A stretch of DNA of 64,000 nt from an uncultured Alphaproteobacteria bacterium (GCA_963751685.1 CAVVVV010000009.1:200563-264562); one strand, 5' to 3'. Positions 10,608-24,184 are shown, counted from the first letter of the stretch. Notes: generated by a model from the sequence alone, not told the origin. Made by a program: numbers and translations.

Positions 10608-12408
10608 ATGACTCAAGCCGCGAACGAAAGCACCGAAAACGCGCGACTAGCCGCGAAGGCGGCGGGCGGTCTGCGGCCGTTGCGGGCGCTCGTGCCCTTT
10701 GGCCTGCGCTATCGCGGCCGGATCGCGGCAGCGCTCGGCGCGCTCATGCTTGCCTCGGCGGCGACGCTCGCGGTGCCGCTTGCCGTGCGCCAGATGATCG
10801 ATTTCGGCTTCGCCCCGGAGAACGCCGGCTTCATCGACCGCTATTTCGAAATGATGCTGCTCGTCGCCGCCGTGCTCGCAGCCGCGAGCGCGCTCCGCTA
10901 CTACCTCGTGATCACGCTGGGCGAGCGCGTGGTGGCGGATTTGCGCGAAGCCCTCTTCGCGCATGTCATCGCGCTGTCGCCGGCTTTCTACGATCGCGAG
11001 CGCGTCGGCGAGATCGTCTCGCGGCTCACCGCCGACACCACCCAGATCAAGTCCGCCTTCGGGACCTCCGCCTCGATTGCGCTCCGCAACTTCGTGCTGT
11101 TCCTCGGCGCCGCGACAATGATGGTGGTGACGAGCCCGCATTTGTCCGCCCTCGTCATGATCGCGATCCCGCTGATCGTGCTGCCGCTCGTCGCCTTCGG
11201 ACGAATGGTGACGCGACGCGCACGCGCGGCGCAGGATACGCTTGCCGACGCCTCCGCCTTCGCGGTGGAGGCGATCGGCTCGGTGCGCACCGTGCAGGCA
11301 TTGACCGGCGAGGACGCGGCGCGCGCAGCGTTTCGGCGCTGCGGTCGAGCGCTCCTTCGTCGCCGCCCTGCAATCGACGAGCGCGCGGGCCTGGCTCACC
11401 GCGGCGATCATCTTCCTCGTCTTCGCAAGCATCGTCGGCGTCTTGTGGACCGGCGCGCAGGGGGTGCTGGCGGGGAAGATCACGGCGGGAACGCTCAGCC
11501 AGTTCGTCCTCTATGCGGTATTCGCGGCAGGCGCCCTGAGCGAGCTTTCGCAAGTGTGGAACGAGCTCAACCAGGCGGCGGGCGCGGCGGGACGGATCGC
11601 GGAGCTGCTGAGCGTCGCGTCCGAAATCCGCGCACCGGCGCGGCCAGTGGCGCTTGCAAAACCCGCGCGCGGCGAAATCCGCTTTGAGGATGTCACCTTT
11701 GCCTATCCGACGCGCCCCACGACGCCCGTGCTCGCCGGCATTTCGTTTGCGGTACGGCCCGGCGAGCGCGTCGCGGTGGTCGGCCCCTCGGGCGCCGGCA
11801 AAAGCACGCTCTTTCATTTGCTATTGCGCTTTTACGATCCGCTCGCCGGCAAAATTCTGTTCGACGGCGTTGATCTTTCAAAGGCCGATCCGCAGGAGGT
11901 GCGGCGGCAATTGGCGCTGGTGCCGCAGGACGTCGCGATCTTCGCCATGAGCATTCGCGAGAATATCCGTCTCGGGCGGCTGGACGCGAGCGACGCCGAG
12001 GTCGAGAAGGCGGGCAAGCTCGCGCTCGTCGACGAATTCGTGCAGCCAATGCCGGAGCAATACGAAACCGAGACCGGCGAGCGCGGCATCACGCTTTCCG
12101 GCGGTCAGCGCCAACGCATCGCGATCGCGCGCGCGATCCTGCGCAACGCGCCGGTACTGCTTTTGGACGAAGCGACGTCCGCGCTCGACGCCGAAAGCGA
12201 GACGCTCGTGCAGGAGGCGCTCAAGCGCTCGATGGAAGGGCGAACGTCGCTCGTGATCGCGCACCGGCTTGCGACCGTGCTCGGCGCCGACCGCATTCTG
12301 GTGCTCGAACACGGGCGCCTCGTCGAGGAAGGCACGCACGAAAGTCTCATCGCGGCGGGCGGGCTATATGCCCGGCTCGCCGAATTGCAGTTTGGCGCCG
12401 CCGCTTGA
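10608..12408 (+). CDS. ABC transporter, fused permease/ATPase (ABCB/MsbA-like exporter; 1 frame break near 11335)
   Basis: A six-TM exporter domain is followed by an NBD. Walker A is GPSGAGKST, the signature is [14 protein letters not shown], and Walker B is [11 protein letters not shown]. Confidence 0.88.
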
Positions 12409-12415
12409 AGATCGT

Positions 12416-12867
12416 TTAGCGATCGGGCTGCCACGCATAACGGAAGGTCGGCTTGCCGGAGAGCGCATTGACGCCCTCGCCGGTGCGGACGAATCCCTCC
12501 CGCTCGTAGAAGCGAATTGCGCGCGCATTTGATTGATTGACGTCGAGCGCAATGCTGCCGGCGGTGAGACGTTTCGCCTCGTCGAGGAGCGCCTTCGCCA
12601 CGTCCGATCCCCAGCTCTCGGGACGAACGACGATCTGATCGAGATAGCCGGATTTCGCGTCGATCACGACGAACCCGACGAACCCTTGGGCTTCCGCGAC
12701 GACGATTGAATTGCGGGGAGCCAGCTCGTCGATCCAGCGCTTCTCCACCAATCGCCCCGCGCGCCGAAATCGATTTCCGGCATCGCCACGTCCCACGCGC
12801 GCCGCCAGAGCGCGAGCGCGGCTTCAAGATCGTCATCTCGATAAGGGCGCAGAACGACGCTCGGCAC
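12416..12867 (-). CDS. GNAT-family N-acetyltransferase (1 frame break near 12740)
   Basis: MPSVVLRPYRDDDLEAALALWRRAW joins ..GYLDQIVVRPESWGSDVAKALLDEAKR...NARAIRFYEREGF. Confidence 0.8.
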
Positions 12868-12870
12868 GCC

Positions 12871-13869
12871 TCAGCGTTCCGTGAGCTTCAGTTCGATTCG
12901 CCGGTTGCGGCGAAAGGCCTCTTCGCTCGTCCCGGCGTCGATCGGCTGGAATTCGCCGAAGCCCGCGGCCACGAGATGCTGTGGCGAGATGCCCTTCGAG
13001 ATCATGTATTGCACGACCGAGGTCGCACGTGCCGAGGACAGTTCCCAGTTCGAGGGAAATTGCGCGGTCGAAATCGGGCGCGCGTCGGTGTGGCCGTCGA
13101 TACGGACGATCCAGGCGATGTCCGCCGGAATGTTTTTCTCGAGTTCGCGCAGCGCCTCGGCGAGCTTGTCGAGCTCGGGCAGCGCTTCCGGCCGCAAGGC
13201 GGCGGAGCCGGCATCGAACAGCACCTCGGATTGAAACACGAAGCGGTCGCCGACGACGCGAATGTCGGGCCTGTTGCCGAGAATCTGCGCGCAGGCGTCC
13301 GAAGAATTCGGAGCGGTAGCGCGTCAGCTCCTGCACACGTTGGGCGAGCGCGACGTTCAGCCGTTGGCCGAGATCGGCGATCTTGGCCTGGTTCTCCTTG
13401 TGGCGCTGCTCGGAGGCATCGAGTGCCTCCTGGATTGCCGCGAGCTGGCGGCGTAGCGCGGCGATCTGCCGGTTGAGGATCTCGATCTGCGAGGCGGCGC
13501 GCTGATTGATATCGCGCTCGTTTTCGAGTTGCGTGGATAGCGTCTTGTCGCCGCCCTCCGCTCCCTGGCGCAACCGGTCGCGCTCACTTTCCGCCGACTT
13601 TCAGGCTCGCGCGCAAAGCCGCCATCTGGTCTTCGAGCGAGCCCGAATTCGCCCGCTCAAGCGACAAGCAGCTCGGACAGCTGCTTGATCTGCGTCGTAA
13701 GACGGTTGAGGATGTTTTCCTTGCCGGTGATTTCCTGCGTGAGAAAGAATTGCGCGATCATGAACACCGACAACAAGAACGTAAAAACAAGAAGCAGCGT
13801 CGACAGCGCGTCGACGAAGCCCGGCCAATAGTCGATCGCGCGTTCGCGTCCGCGCTTGCTGAGCGCCAT
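12871..13869 (-). CDS. MotB/OmpA-like peptidoglycan-binding protein with a long coiled-coil spacer (about 2 frame breaks)
   Basis: N-terminus MALSKRGRERAIDYWPGFVDALSTLLLVFTFLLSVFMIA (MotB-type TM plug). A coiled coil follows (..QIEILNRQIAALRRQLAAIQEALDASEQRHKENQAKIADL..). The OmpA_C domain reads VRIDGHTDARPI..FPSNWELSSARATSVVQYM..GFGEFQPI..RNRRIELKL. Confidence 0.8.
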
Positions 13870-14875
13870 CAGCGCCTCCGCTCGGTCGCCGGCGTGCGCG
13901 ACAGCTTCTCCAAGCAACTTGCGGATTTCCGATTGCTGCTCGCCGTGCTCCTCGACCCAGCTGCGCACGATCTGCTGCTCCTGGCGCATATGCTGGACGA
14001 GCGCCTTGAGGCTGTCGGCGAGCTGAACGGTCGCTTCGCTCGCCTGCTGCGGGCCGGAATCCTTGATCGGCCTGCTCGAGGCGCTCGATCGCGGCGGTGA
14101 ATTGATCGATCATCCACGCCGGCGAGGCGGCGGCGCCGTCGCCGGCATGCAGATCGCGCACCGTGGTCGAAAGCCAGTCTTCGAGATCCGTATAGAAACG
14201 ATTTTGCGCCTGGCCCGCCTGCAAATCGAGGAAGCCGAGCACGAGCGAGCCGGCAAGGCCGAACAGCGACGAGGAAAAGGCGATGCCCATGCCGCCGAGC
14301 GGCGCGGCAAGACCGCTTTTCAGATTCTCGAAGATCGCGCCGGCATCGCCGCCGACCTCGAGCGACTGAATGACCTTGCCGATCGAGCCGACCGTATCGA
14401 GCAATCCCCAGAAGGTGCCGAGCAGTCCGAGGAAGACGAGGAGGCCGGTGAGGTAGCGCGCGATGTCGCGCGATTCGTCGAGACGCGTGGCGATCGAATT
14501 GAGGATCGCGCGCATCGTGGTCTGCGAGATCGCCATGCGGCCGGTGCGCTCGCGCAACAGCGCCGCCATCGGCGCGAGCAACACGGGCGGCCGCGCCACC
14601 GCGATGCCGGGATCGGCGACGCGGAAGCCGTTCACCCAACGGACTTCGGGAAACAGCCGCAAGACCTGGCGGACCGCAAGCACGATCCCGATCAGAAGCG
14701 CGCCGAGGATGATGCCGTTGAGACCGGGATTGGCGAGAAAGGCGGCCCAGATCTGCCGATAGAGGACGACCGCGAGCAACGCGAAGAGGATCAAGAACAC
14801 GAGCATCCGCACGAGAAAAATTCGCGGCGAGGAAATCTTGATCGGGGTGTCGAAATCGCGCGCCATGGCCGTCAC
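13869..14875 (-). CDS. MotA/TolQ/ExbB proton-channel family protein with a cytoplasmic tail (about 2 frame breaks near the 3' end)
   Basis: N-terminal TMs, then LTGLLVFLGLLGTFWGLLDTV and APLGGMGIAFSSSLFGLAGSLVLGFLD (MotA/ExbB channel motif). The tail reads ..RQEQQIVRSWVEEHGEQQSEIRK... The stop overlaps the MotB-like start (TGATG). Confidence 0.8.
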
Positions 14876-14945
14876 TCGCGCTGTCGTCGGACAATCAGTA
14901 CCAGAGGACTTACTGCCGCGAGGAGGCGGCGAAATCGCGGCGGGG

Positions 14946-15735
14946 TCAAGCGGCCTCTAACGCCGCGAGAAGCGCGCGATGAATGAGCTCGTTGCCCGCC
15001 ACCACCGAGCCTTTCTCGAGAATGGCATCGCCGCCGTCGAGATCGGTGACGAACCCGCCCGCTTCGCGCACGAGCAAGAGGCCGGCGGCGAGATCCCAAG
15101 GCGACAGGCCGCGCTCCCAAAAGCCGTCGAAGCGGCCGGCGGCGACCCAGGCGAGATCGAGCGCCGCGGCTCCCGTGCGGCGGACCCCGGCGACCGCGCT
15201 TTGCACCGCCGCAAGCTCCGTGCGGAAGCGCTCCAAATCTCCCCGCCCGCGATGCGGGATGCCGCAGCAGACGACGCAATCCGCGAGTTCGCTCCGCGCG
15301 GACGACGCGAAGACGGCGATTGTTGAGATAGGCGCCCTGGCCCCGCTCGCCGACATAAGTTTCGTCGGTGACGGGATTGTAGACGACGCCCGCGACCGGC
15401 AGGCCGTCCCGCACCAGCGCGATCGAGATCGCGAACAGCGGAATGCCGTGGAGGAAATTGGTGGTGCCGTCGAGCGGATCGACGACCCATTCATGCTGCG
15501 GGTCGGTTCCGGCGACGCGGCCGCGCTCCTCCATCAAGAAGCCGAAGGTCGGCCGCGCTTTCGAAAGCTCGCGATAGAGCGTCTCTTCCGAGCGGCGGTC
15601 GGCGGCCGACACGAAATTGGCCGGCCCTTTTTGCGAGACCTGGAGATTTTCCACTTCGCCGAAATCGCGCGTCAGGGTGCGCCCCGCCTTGCGCGCGGCC
15701 TGCACCATCACGGTGATGAGGGCGGAGCGGATCAT
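14946..15735 (-). CDS. suhB: Inositol monophosphatase family protein SuhB (1 frame break near 15300)
   Basis: ..FLMEERG...WVVDPLDGTTNFLHGIP.. joins ..RRTGAAALDLAWVAAGRFDGFWERGLSPWDLAAGLLLVREAGG... Confidence 0.9.
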
Positions 15736-15777
15736 GAAGTGCGCTTCGCTCTCGCCCTTGGCAGGGAAGCGCCTCGA

Positions 15778-16348
15778 TCACTCCGCACGGCGCACGTAGG
15801 TCGTCTCGTTGGTGTCGACGACGATCTTTTCGCCGACTCCGACGAAGGGCGGCACCAGAATGCGAAGACCGTTCTCGAGTTTCGCGGGCTTATAGGAAGA
15901 GGCCGCCGTTTGGCCCTTCACCACCGCATCGGCTTCCACGATCTTGAGCGTGACGTAATCGGGCAGCTTGATGCCGATCGGCTTGTCGTCGTGCAATTCC
16001 AAGCGTCACCTTCATTCCGTCTTGCAAAAACGCGGCGCGCTCGCCGACGAAGTCGGCGGAAAGCTCGATCTGATCGTAGGTGTCGTTATCCATGAAGACG
16101 AGATTGTCGCCTTCGCGATAGAGATATTGAAAGTCCTTCTGCTCGAGCCGCGCGCGCTCCACCCGCTCGTCGGAGCCGAAGCGGTTGTTGAGCTTGCGGC
16201 CGTCGATGATGTTCTTGAGCTCGACCTGATTGTAGGCCGGCCCCTTGCCGGGCTTCACCGCCATGGTCTTCACCGCGATCCACAGCGAGCCGTCATACTC
16301 GATCATCATGCCGGGCCGGATTTCGTTGCCGTTGAGCTTCATGGACAT
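15778..16348 (-). CDS. efp: Elongation factor P (1 frame break near 16000)
   Basis: [47 protein letters not shown].. joins ..[41 protein letters not shown]... Confidence 0.95.
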
Positions 16349-16440
16349 CCTCTGCGCGGATTACGCGTTGTCGTGCCAGCCCGACAGGCAACGCCGTCAA
16401 GTGCGGCGAAGCGTACGAGCCGCGGCCACATCGACGAGAT

Positions 16441-17092
16441 CTATGCGAGGATTTCCGCCGCAGAAATGCGGGCGGCGGCTTCGGCGATGACCGTTTTCAC
16501 GCGCGCCGGATCGCTCCAGACCGCCGCCGCCGAGCGCGATGAAGTCGGCGCCCGCGCGCGCGAGTTCCGCAGCCTGATCGGCGGTTTCCGCAAACGCGAC
16601 GCACGGAATTTCGAAGATTTCCGCCCACCAGGCCACGCGTTCGACGACCGCCTCGAACGAAGGAGATTTTCCGGCGGCGTCCGGCTCGCCGAACATCACA
16701 TAGTCGGCGCCCAATTCGCCGGCGAGCATGGCATCGTGGCGTGCGATCAAACCGCCGACGCCGGCGATAAGGCCAGGCTTCAAGATCGGCAGTGCGTCGC
16801 GCAACGTTTGCGTGCCGGAAAGATGCGCGCCATCGGCGCCGACTTTCGCCGCAGACCTGGCCTGTTCGTAAAGTAGGAAGGCGACGCCACGCTCCTGCGC
16901 GAGCGGCAGCAAGGCATTGATGCGGGCGGACAATTCGGCATCGCTCGCGGGCGCGAAGCGCGCGACCACTGCGGCGATATCGCCGAGGGCAAATGCTACC
17001 GCGAACAGATCGGCAAAAGCGGCCGCCTCGGCGATCGGCGGCGTCATCAGGATCAAGCGCGCAGGCGGCCGCTCGGCTTTGTTCTGATTCAT
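16441..17092 (-). CDS. Thiamine-phosphate synthase (ThiE/TMP-TENI) family protein (1 frame break in a GGC run near 16510)
   Basis: ..GADGAHL...LIAGVGGLIARHDAMLAGELGADYVMFGE...FIALGGG, then the shifted tail VWSDPARVKTVIAEAAARISAAEILA with the stop at 16441-16443. Confidence 0.7.
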
Positions 17093-17155
17093 CGTTTCAA
17101 TCGTAGGCGCGGAAGGCCGGCGAAAGCGAACGGCACTTCCCGCGAGCGGGGCGGC

Positions 17156-18183
17156 TCAAGCCGCTTTCTTCTCCAATGTCGCCGACCAGCGGCCTTCGGT
17201 CGCAAGCCCGTTCATCTGGGCGCGATGGGCGAAAGCGCGTTGCGCCGCCGCCACGTTTTCCGCCTTGCCGGACCATGCCTTCTGCGGCGCCGCCTGCAAG
17301 GCACGCCCGTAGGAAAAGGTGAGCTTCCACGGCAGAGCCGCCGATGCGGTTCATGGCGTCGAGATGCGCGGTCGCCTCCTCGTCGGATTGGCCGCCGGAG
17401 AGGAATGCGATGCCCGGCACCGCCGACGGCACGCATGCTTTCAGCACGCGCACGGTTTTCTCGGCGACCTCTTCGACCGACGCACGCTTCGCGCATTTCT
17501 TGCCGGCGATCACCATGTTCGGCTTCAGTACCGTGCCTTCGAGCGGCACCTTCGCCTCGAAGAGTTCCATGTAAAGCGTCTTCAGCACCCATTCGGTGAC
17601 GGCGTAGCAGCGCTCGGCATCGTGCGCGCCGTCCATGAGGACTTCCGGCTCGACGATCGGCACGATCTCTTCGTTCCTGGCAGAGCGCCGCGTAGCGCGC
17701 GAGCGCATGCATGTTCGCCTGAATGCAGTTCCAGCTCGGAATGCCCTCGCCGATGTCGATCACCGCGCGCCACTTGGCGAATTTCGCGCCGAAGCCGCGA
17801 TATTCGGCGAGCCGCTCGCGCAACCCATCGAGACCTTCGGTGATGACTTCGCCGGGCGAGAACGGCAGCGGCTTCGTGCCCTTGTCGACCTTGATGCCCG
17901 GCAGCGAGCCCGCTTTCTCGATCAGCTTCACGAGCGGGGTGCCGTCCTTCGCGTTCTGGCGGATGGTCTCGTCGTAGAGGATCACGCCGGAGATGTGGTT
18001 CTTCATCGCCTCGATCGAGCGGAATAGAAGTTCGCGATAATCGCGCCGCGTATCGGCGGTGGATTCGACGCCGATCGCCTCGAAGCGCTTCTTGATCGTG
18101 CCCGTGGATTCGTCGGCGGCGAGGATGCCCTTGCCGGGCCTCACCATGGCTTCGGCGACCTTGTTCAATTCTGAGAGGTTCAT
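17156..18183 (-). CDS. fba: Fructose-bisphosphate aldolase, class I (2 frame breaks)
   Basis: GKGILAADESTGTIKKRF, ..GVILYDETIRQ.., ..IVPIVEPEVLMDG.., ..GIAFLSGGQS.., then LPWKLTFSYGRALQ in a third frame. The stop is at 17156-17158. Confidence 0.92.
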
Positions 18184-18205
18184 GGCATCCTCCTTCGTTT
18201 CCGGC

Positions 18206-19439
18206 TTATTGTATCCGCAAGACTTCGACCCCGGGCAAGGGCTTTCCTTCCAGCCATTCGAGGAAGGCGCCGCCCGCGGTCGAAATATAGGTAAAGCGCT
18301 CGGCTACGCCCGCCGCATGCAGCGCGGCGACCGTATCGCCGCCGCCCGCCACCGTCACGAGCTTGCCGGCTTCGGTCAGCTCCGCCGCCGCCTCCGCCAC
18401 TTCGACGGTGCCGTTATCAAACGCCTCGATCTCGAACGCGCCAAACGGACCGTTCCACACAAGGGTCTTCGTGCGTGCGAGGACGGAAATGACATGCCCG
18501 ATCGACTTGGGGCCGATATCGAGCATCATATCGGCCGCACCAATATGATCCACGTCGACCACGTGCGACGGCGCGTTGGCCTCGAATTTCTGCGCCACCA
18601 CGGCATCCACCGGAAGAACGATTTCGCGGCGCTTTTGTTTCGCCTTTTCCATGATCTCGCGGGCGGTCGGCAATAGGTCTGTCTCGCACAAGGATTTTCC
18701 CATACCCTTGCCCTGCGCGGCCAGGAATGTATTGGCCATGCCGCCGCCGATGATCAGAATATCGACCTTGTCGATCAGATTGCCCAATAGGTCGAGCTTG
18801 GTCGAAATCTTCGCCCCGCCGACAATGGCGGCAAGCGGCCGCTGCGGTTTCTCAAATAGATTGCCGAGCACTTCCAGCTCCGCCTGCATGGTGCGCCCGG
18901 CGAAGGCCGGCATCGGCGTTCCAACCGCGCCCGCGCGAATTGATTGGGTCACGATGCCCGTATTCGACGCATGAGCGCGATGCGCGACGGAAAAAGCGTC
19001 GTCGACGAATATGTCGCCGAGGCGAGCAAGTTTGCGCGCAAACTCCGGGTCGTTTTTTTCTTCCTCCGCATGAAACCGCGTGTTTTCGAGACAAAGAATG
19101 TCGCCGGGCTTCATGGCCGCGACTGCTTTTTCAGCAACTTCGCCGATGCAGTCTTCCGCAAACGCGACCGGCCGGCCGATCACGCGAGATAGTACGGCGG
19201 CAATCGGTCGGAGCGACTGGCTCGGATCGCGTCCCTTGGGACGGCCAAAATGCGAAAGGAGAATTACCTTCCCGCCCGCATCGGCGATCTCTTTGATGGT
19301 CGGCTCGGCCGCTTTTAGCCGCATCGTGTCGGCGACCTCGTTCCCCTTCATGGGCACATTGAGATCGACCCGTAGCAACACGCGCTTATTCTTGATGCCG
19401 GTATTTTTTCAGATCGTCGAGCGTGTGAAATTTTATCAT
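18206..19439 (-). CDS. pgk: Phosphoglycerate kinase (1 frame break in an A6 run near 19405)
   Basis: MIKFHTLDDLKK then (shift) NTGIKNKRVLLRVDLNVPM..; ..VILLSHFGRPKG.., ..AIVGGAKISTK.., ..STAGGAFLEWLEGK... Confidence 0.95.
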
Positions 19440-19459
19440 CACGGAAGCGAGAACAATCC

Positions 19460-20464
19460 TCAGCCGAGCTTGCCCATAGCGACGGCGGTGTCCGCCATGC
19501 GGTTCGAAAAGCCCCACTCGTTGTCGTACCACGACATCACGCGCACGAAGGTGCCGTCCATCACCTTGGTCTGTTCCATGTGGAAGATCGAGGAATGCGG
19601 ATCGTGATTGAAGTCGATGGAGACGTTGGGCGCGGTGGTATAGGCGAGGATGCCTTTCAATTGCTGCTCGGACGCGCGCTTGATCGCGGCGTTGACTTCT
19701 TCCTTGTCGGTCTTGCGCTTGGCGACGAACTTGAAATCAATGACCGAGACGTTCGGCGTCGGCACGCGGATCGCGACGCCGTCAAGCTTGCCCGCGAGTT
19801 CCGGCAATACGAGGCCGACCGCCTTGGCAGCGCCAGTGGAGGTCGGGATCATCGAAAGCGCCGCCGCACGGGCGCGATAAAGATCCCTGTGCACTTGGTC
19901 GAGCAAGGGCTGGTCGGTGGTGTAGGCATGCACCGTCGTCATGAAGCCTTTTTCGATGCCGATCGCGTCGTTCAAAACCTTGGCGACCGGCGCCAGGCAG
20001 TTCGTGGTGCACGAGGCGTTCGAGACGACCTTATGGTCCTTCGTGAGCTTGTCATGATTGACGCCGTAGACGACGGTGAGATCGGCGCCGTCGGCGGGCG
20101 CGGAGATCAACACGCGCTTGGCGCCGGCGGCGAGATGCGCCGATGCCTTGTCCTTCGAGGTGAAGATGCCGGTGCATTCGAGTGCGATGTCGACCTTGAG
20201 CTCCTTGTGCGGCAGTCGCCGCCGGATCCTTGATCGCGGTCACCTTGATCGGCCCACGGCCGACGTCGATCGTGTCCGGACCCGTCTTTACTTCGCCGGG
20301 GAAGCGGCCATGCACGGAATCGTAGCGCAGCAAATGCGCGTTGGTCTCCACCGGCGCGAGATCGTTGATGGCGACCACTTCGATGTCCTTGCGGCCGGAC
20401 TCGGCGACGGCGCGCAAGATGTTGCGCCCGATGCGGCCGAAACCGTTGATGGCGACGCGAACGG

Positions 20465-20468
<4 letters not shown>
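19460..20468 (-). CDS. gap: Glyceraldehyde-3-phosphate dehydrogenase, type I (1 frame break near 20215)
   Basis: [16 protein letters not shown].., ..[17 protein letters not shown].., ..[12 protein letters not shown]... The start overlaps the tkt stop by 4 nt. Confidence 0.95.
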
Positions 20469-22506
<2,038 letters not shown>

Positions 22507-22690
22507 TTTGAAGGCGCGGATTGAATAACACGCGAGGCCCGGGAGTCAAAATGCGCGCGGCCCGTTTCGGCGCGCGAAATGGCGCTCCGCCTTGCTTTTC
22601 CTCCTGGTCATAACTTCGCCCCCGGCGTTGACGCACGATGCTTGCGGACCTTTACTCTCGACCCGTGGGAGTGAGTCGACTTTGAGCGCG

Positions 22691-22954
22691 ATGGATGCGG
22701 CCAACCGGCGTCTCGACGCCGCGATCGATACGTTGGAAGCGGCGGTGAATCGCTGTGTCGACGACGGCCGCCGCCGCGAAGCCCTTGAATCGCAATTGCA
22801 TGCCTTCGGCAGCGACCGCTCGCGGCTCGCCTCCGAGCTCGATCGTATGCGCGCGCGCTCCACCGATCTCGAAGCCGCCAATCGCGAGGTTTCCCGCCGC
22901 CTCGAACATGCCGCCGACACCATCCGCGCCGCGCTTTCGGCGCAGGAGCGATAG
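22691..22954 (+). CDS. DUF4164 coiled-coil protein (ZauP-like, ZapA partner)
   Basis: About 87 aa starting MDAANRRLDAAIDTLEAAV..; heptad-rich. It lies immediately upstream of zapA, as DUF4164 does in alphaproteobacteria. The start was chosen at the internal ATG at 22691. Confidence 0.65.
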   Translation: MDAANRRLDAAIDTLEAAVNRCVDDGRRREALESQLHAFGSDRSRLASELDRMRARSTDLEAANREVSRRLEHAADTIRAALSAQER

Positions 22955-22967
22955 ATCCGGAGTTCCC

Positions 22968-23355
22968 ATGGCCCAAGTCAATGTCACCATCGGCGGCCGC
23001 GTCTATCGAATGGCCTGCGACGACGGCCAAGAAGACCATCTGATGCGGCTCGCGCGCGACCTCGACCAGAAGTTCGCGCAACTGCGCGAGGCGTTCGGCG
23101 AGATCGGCGATACGCGTCTCGCCGTGATGGCCGCGATCATGGTCGCTGATGAGCTTGTCCGAAGCCCGCCGCCGCATCCGCGCGCTCGAGCAGGAAATCG
23201 AGGGCCTGCAGGAAACGCGGCTCGCCGTCGCCGACCGCATCGAAGCGGCCGAGCGCACGGGCGCGCAGACCATCGAAAAAGCCGCCGAGCGAATCGAGCG
23301 TCTCGCACACGCGTTGAACAGCGGGCTGGGCGGCGGCGGAACGGCGCTCGGTTGA
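22968..23355 (+). CDS. zapA: Cell division protein ZapA (1 frame break near 23155)
   Basis: MAQVNVTIGGRVYRMACDDGQEDHLMRLARDLDQKFAQLREAFGEIGDTRLAVMAAIMVADEL joins the coiled-coil tail SEARRRIRALEQEIEGLQE... Confidence 0.85.
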
Positions 23356-23419
23356 GGGCGGGACTGGCTGCACGCGCGGAAGCAGTCTACATTGATTGCG
23401 CGGTGCTGCGGCGTGCGTC

Positions 23420-23575
23420 AGGAGACCAATTCTCCGGGGCCATAACGATCCCAAAGGGAGCTGTCCCTGGCCTTGCCCGTGGGCTCGGCTATTACGGCAC
23501 CCACCTACTTCGTAGGCTTCCCGGGATCGCCGTCTTCAACGGCGCTCGTGGCCCGCACTTTATTCTTCCTCTATC
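23420..23575 (+). ncRNA. ssrS: Candidate 6S RNA (SsrS); ends approximate
   Basis: A 230-nt non-coding gap lies between zapA and the 5-formyl-THF cyclo-ligase gene, which is the conserved ssrS position. An extended imperfect helix has nested pairings: GGGCCA(23437-42)/TGGCCC(23549-54), ACGATCCC(23445-52)/GGGATCG(23523-29), GGGAGC(23456-61)/GCTTCCC(23516-22), and GTGGG(23479-83)/CCCAC(23500-04). These leave a central bubble. Confidence 0.55.
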
Positions 23576-23584
23576 TTCGGCCGC

Positions 23585-24184
23585 ATGACCCTCGCCGCGG
23601 CAAAACCCGTCGCCGACCAAAAACGCGAATTGCGCGAGGCGGCGCTTGCCCGGCGCGATCTGATACCGCCCGATGACCGTGTGCGCGCGGCCCGCAAGAT
23701 CGCGGCGTCGGCGCTTCCGGTCGAAGTGCCGAAAGGCGCGATCGTCTCCGGCTTTTCGCCGATCAACACCGAGTTCAATCCGGTGCCCTTGTTGCGGGCG
23801 CTTTCGAAGGCGGGCGCACGTCTTGCCCTGCCGAAAGTGATGGGCCGCGGCAAGCCGCTTTCCTTGCGCGCCTGGAGCTTCGGCGAGCCGCTCGTCGCGG
23901 GCGTGTGGGGCATTCGCGAGCCGGGTCCGGAAGCGCCGGAGGTCGCGCCCGACATTCTGCTCGTCCCCTTCGCCGCCTTCGACCGCGCCGGCTATCGCAT
24001 CGGCTATGGCGCCGGCTATTACGACATGACGCTCGCCGCCTTGCGCGCGAAGAAGAAAATCGTCGCGATCGGCCTTGGCTTCGCGGCGCAGGAAGTGGAG
24101 AAGGTGCCGGTGGAAGCGCACGATCAACGGCTCGATTTCATCATCACCGAGGCAGGCCTCGTCTTCGCGGCGGGGCGTACTTGA
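23585..24184 (+). CDS. ygfA: 5-formyltetrahydrofolate cyclo-ligase
   Basis: Intact 199-aa ORF with ..LLVPFAAFDRAGYRIGYGAGYYD... Lies downstream of the 6S position. Confidence 0.88.
   Translation: MTLAAAKPVADQKRELREAALARRDLIPPDDRVRAARKIAASALPVEVPKGAIVSGFSPINTEFNPVPLLRALSKAGARLALPKVMGRGKPLSLRAWSFGEPLVAGVWGIREPGPEAPEVAPDILLVPFAAFDRAGYRIGYGAGYYDMTLAALRAKKKIVAIGLGFAAQEVEKVPVEAHDQRLDFIITEAGLVFAAGRT

Noticed and set aside
12871-14875. The MotA/MotB-like pair as a Zorya anti-phage system.
   Set aside because: No ZorC/ZorD-like (or ZorE/F/G) genes are adjacent. The neighbours are core genes (suhB, efp, GNAT), and there are no island hallmarks. It is kept only as an orphan stator-like pair of unknown role.
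19395-19415. Programmed ribosomal frameshifting at the homopolymer and repeat sites where frames change.
   Set aside because: The breaks occur in dozens of unrelated genes, mostly without slippery heptamers or downstream structures, and in both +1 and -1 directions. None of these gene families is known to use recoding.
23356-23420. The hairpin GACTG..CAGTC just after zapA as a terminator separating zapA from the 6S candidate.
   Set aside because: It has only a 5-bp stem and no T-run, which is insufficient support.
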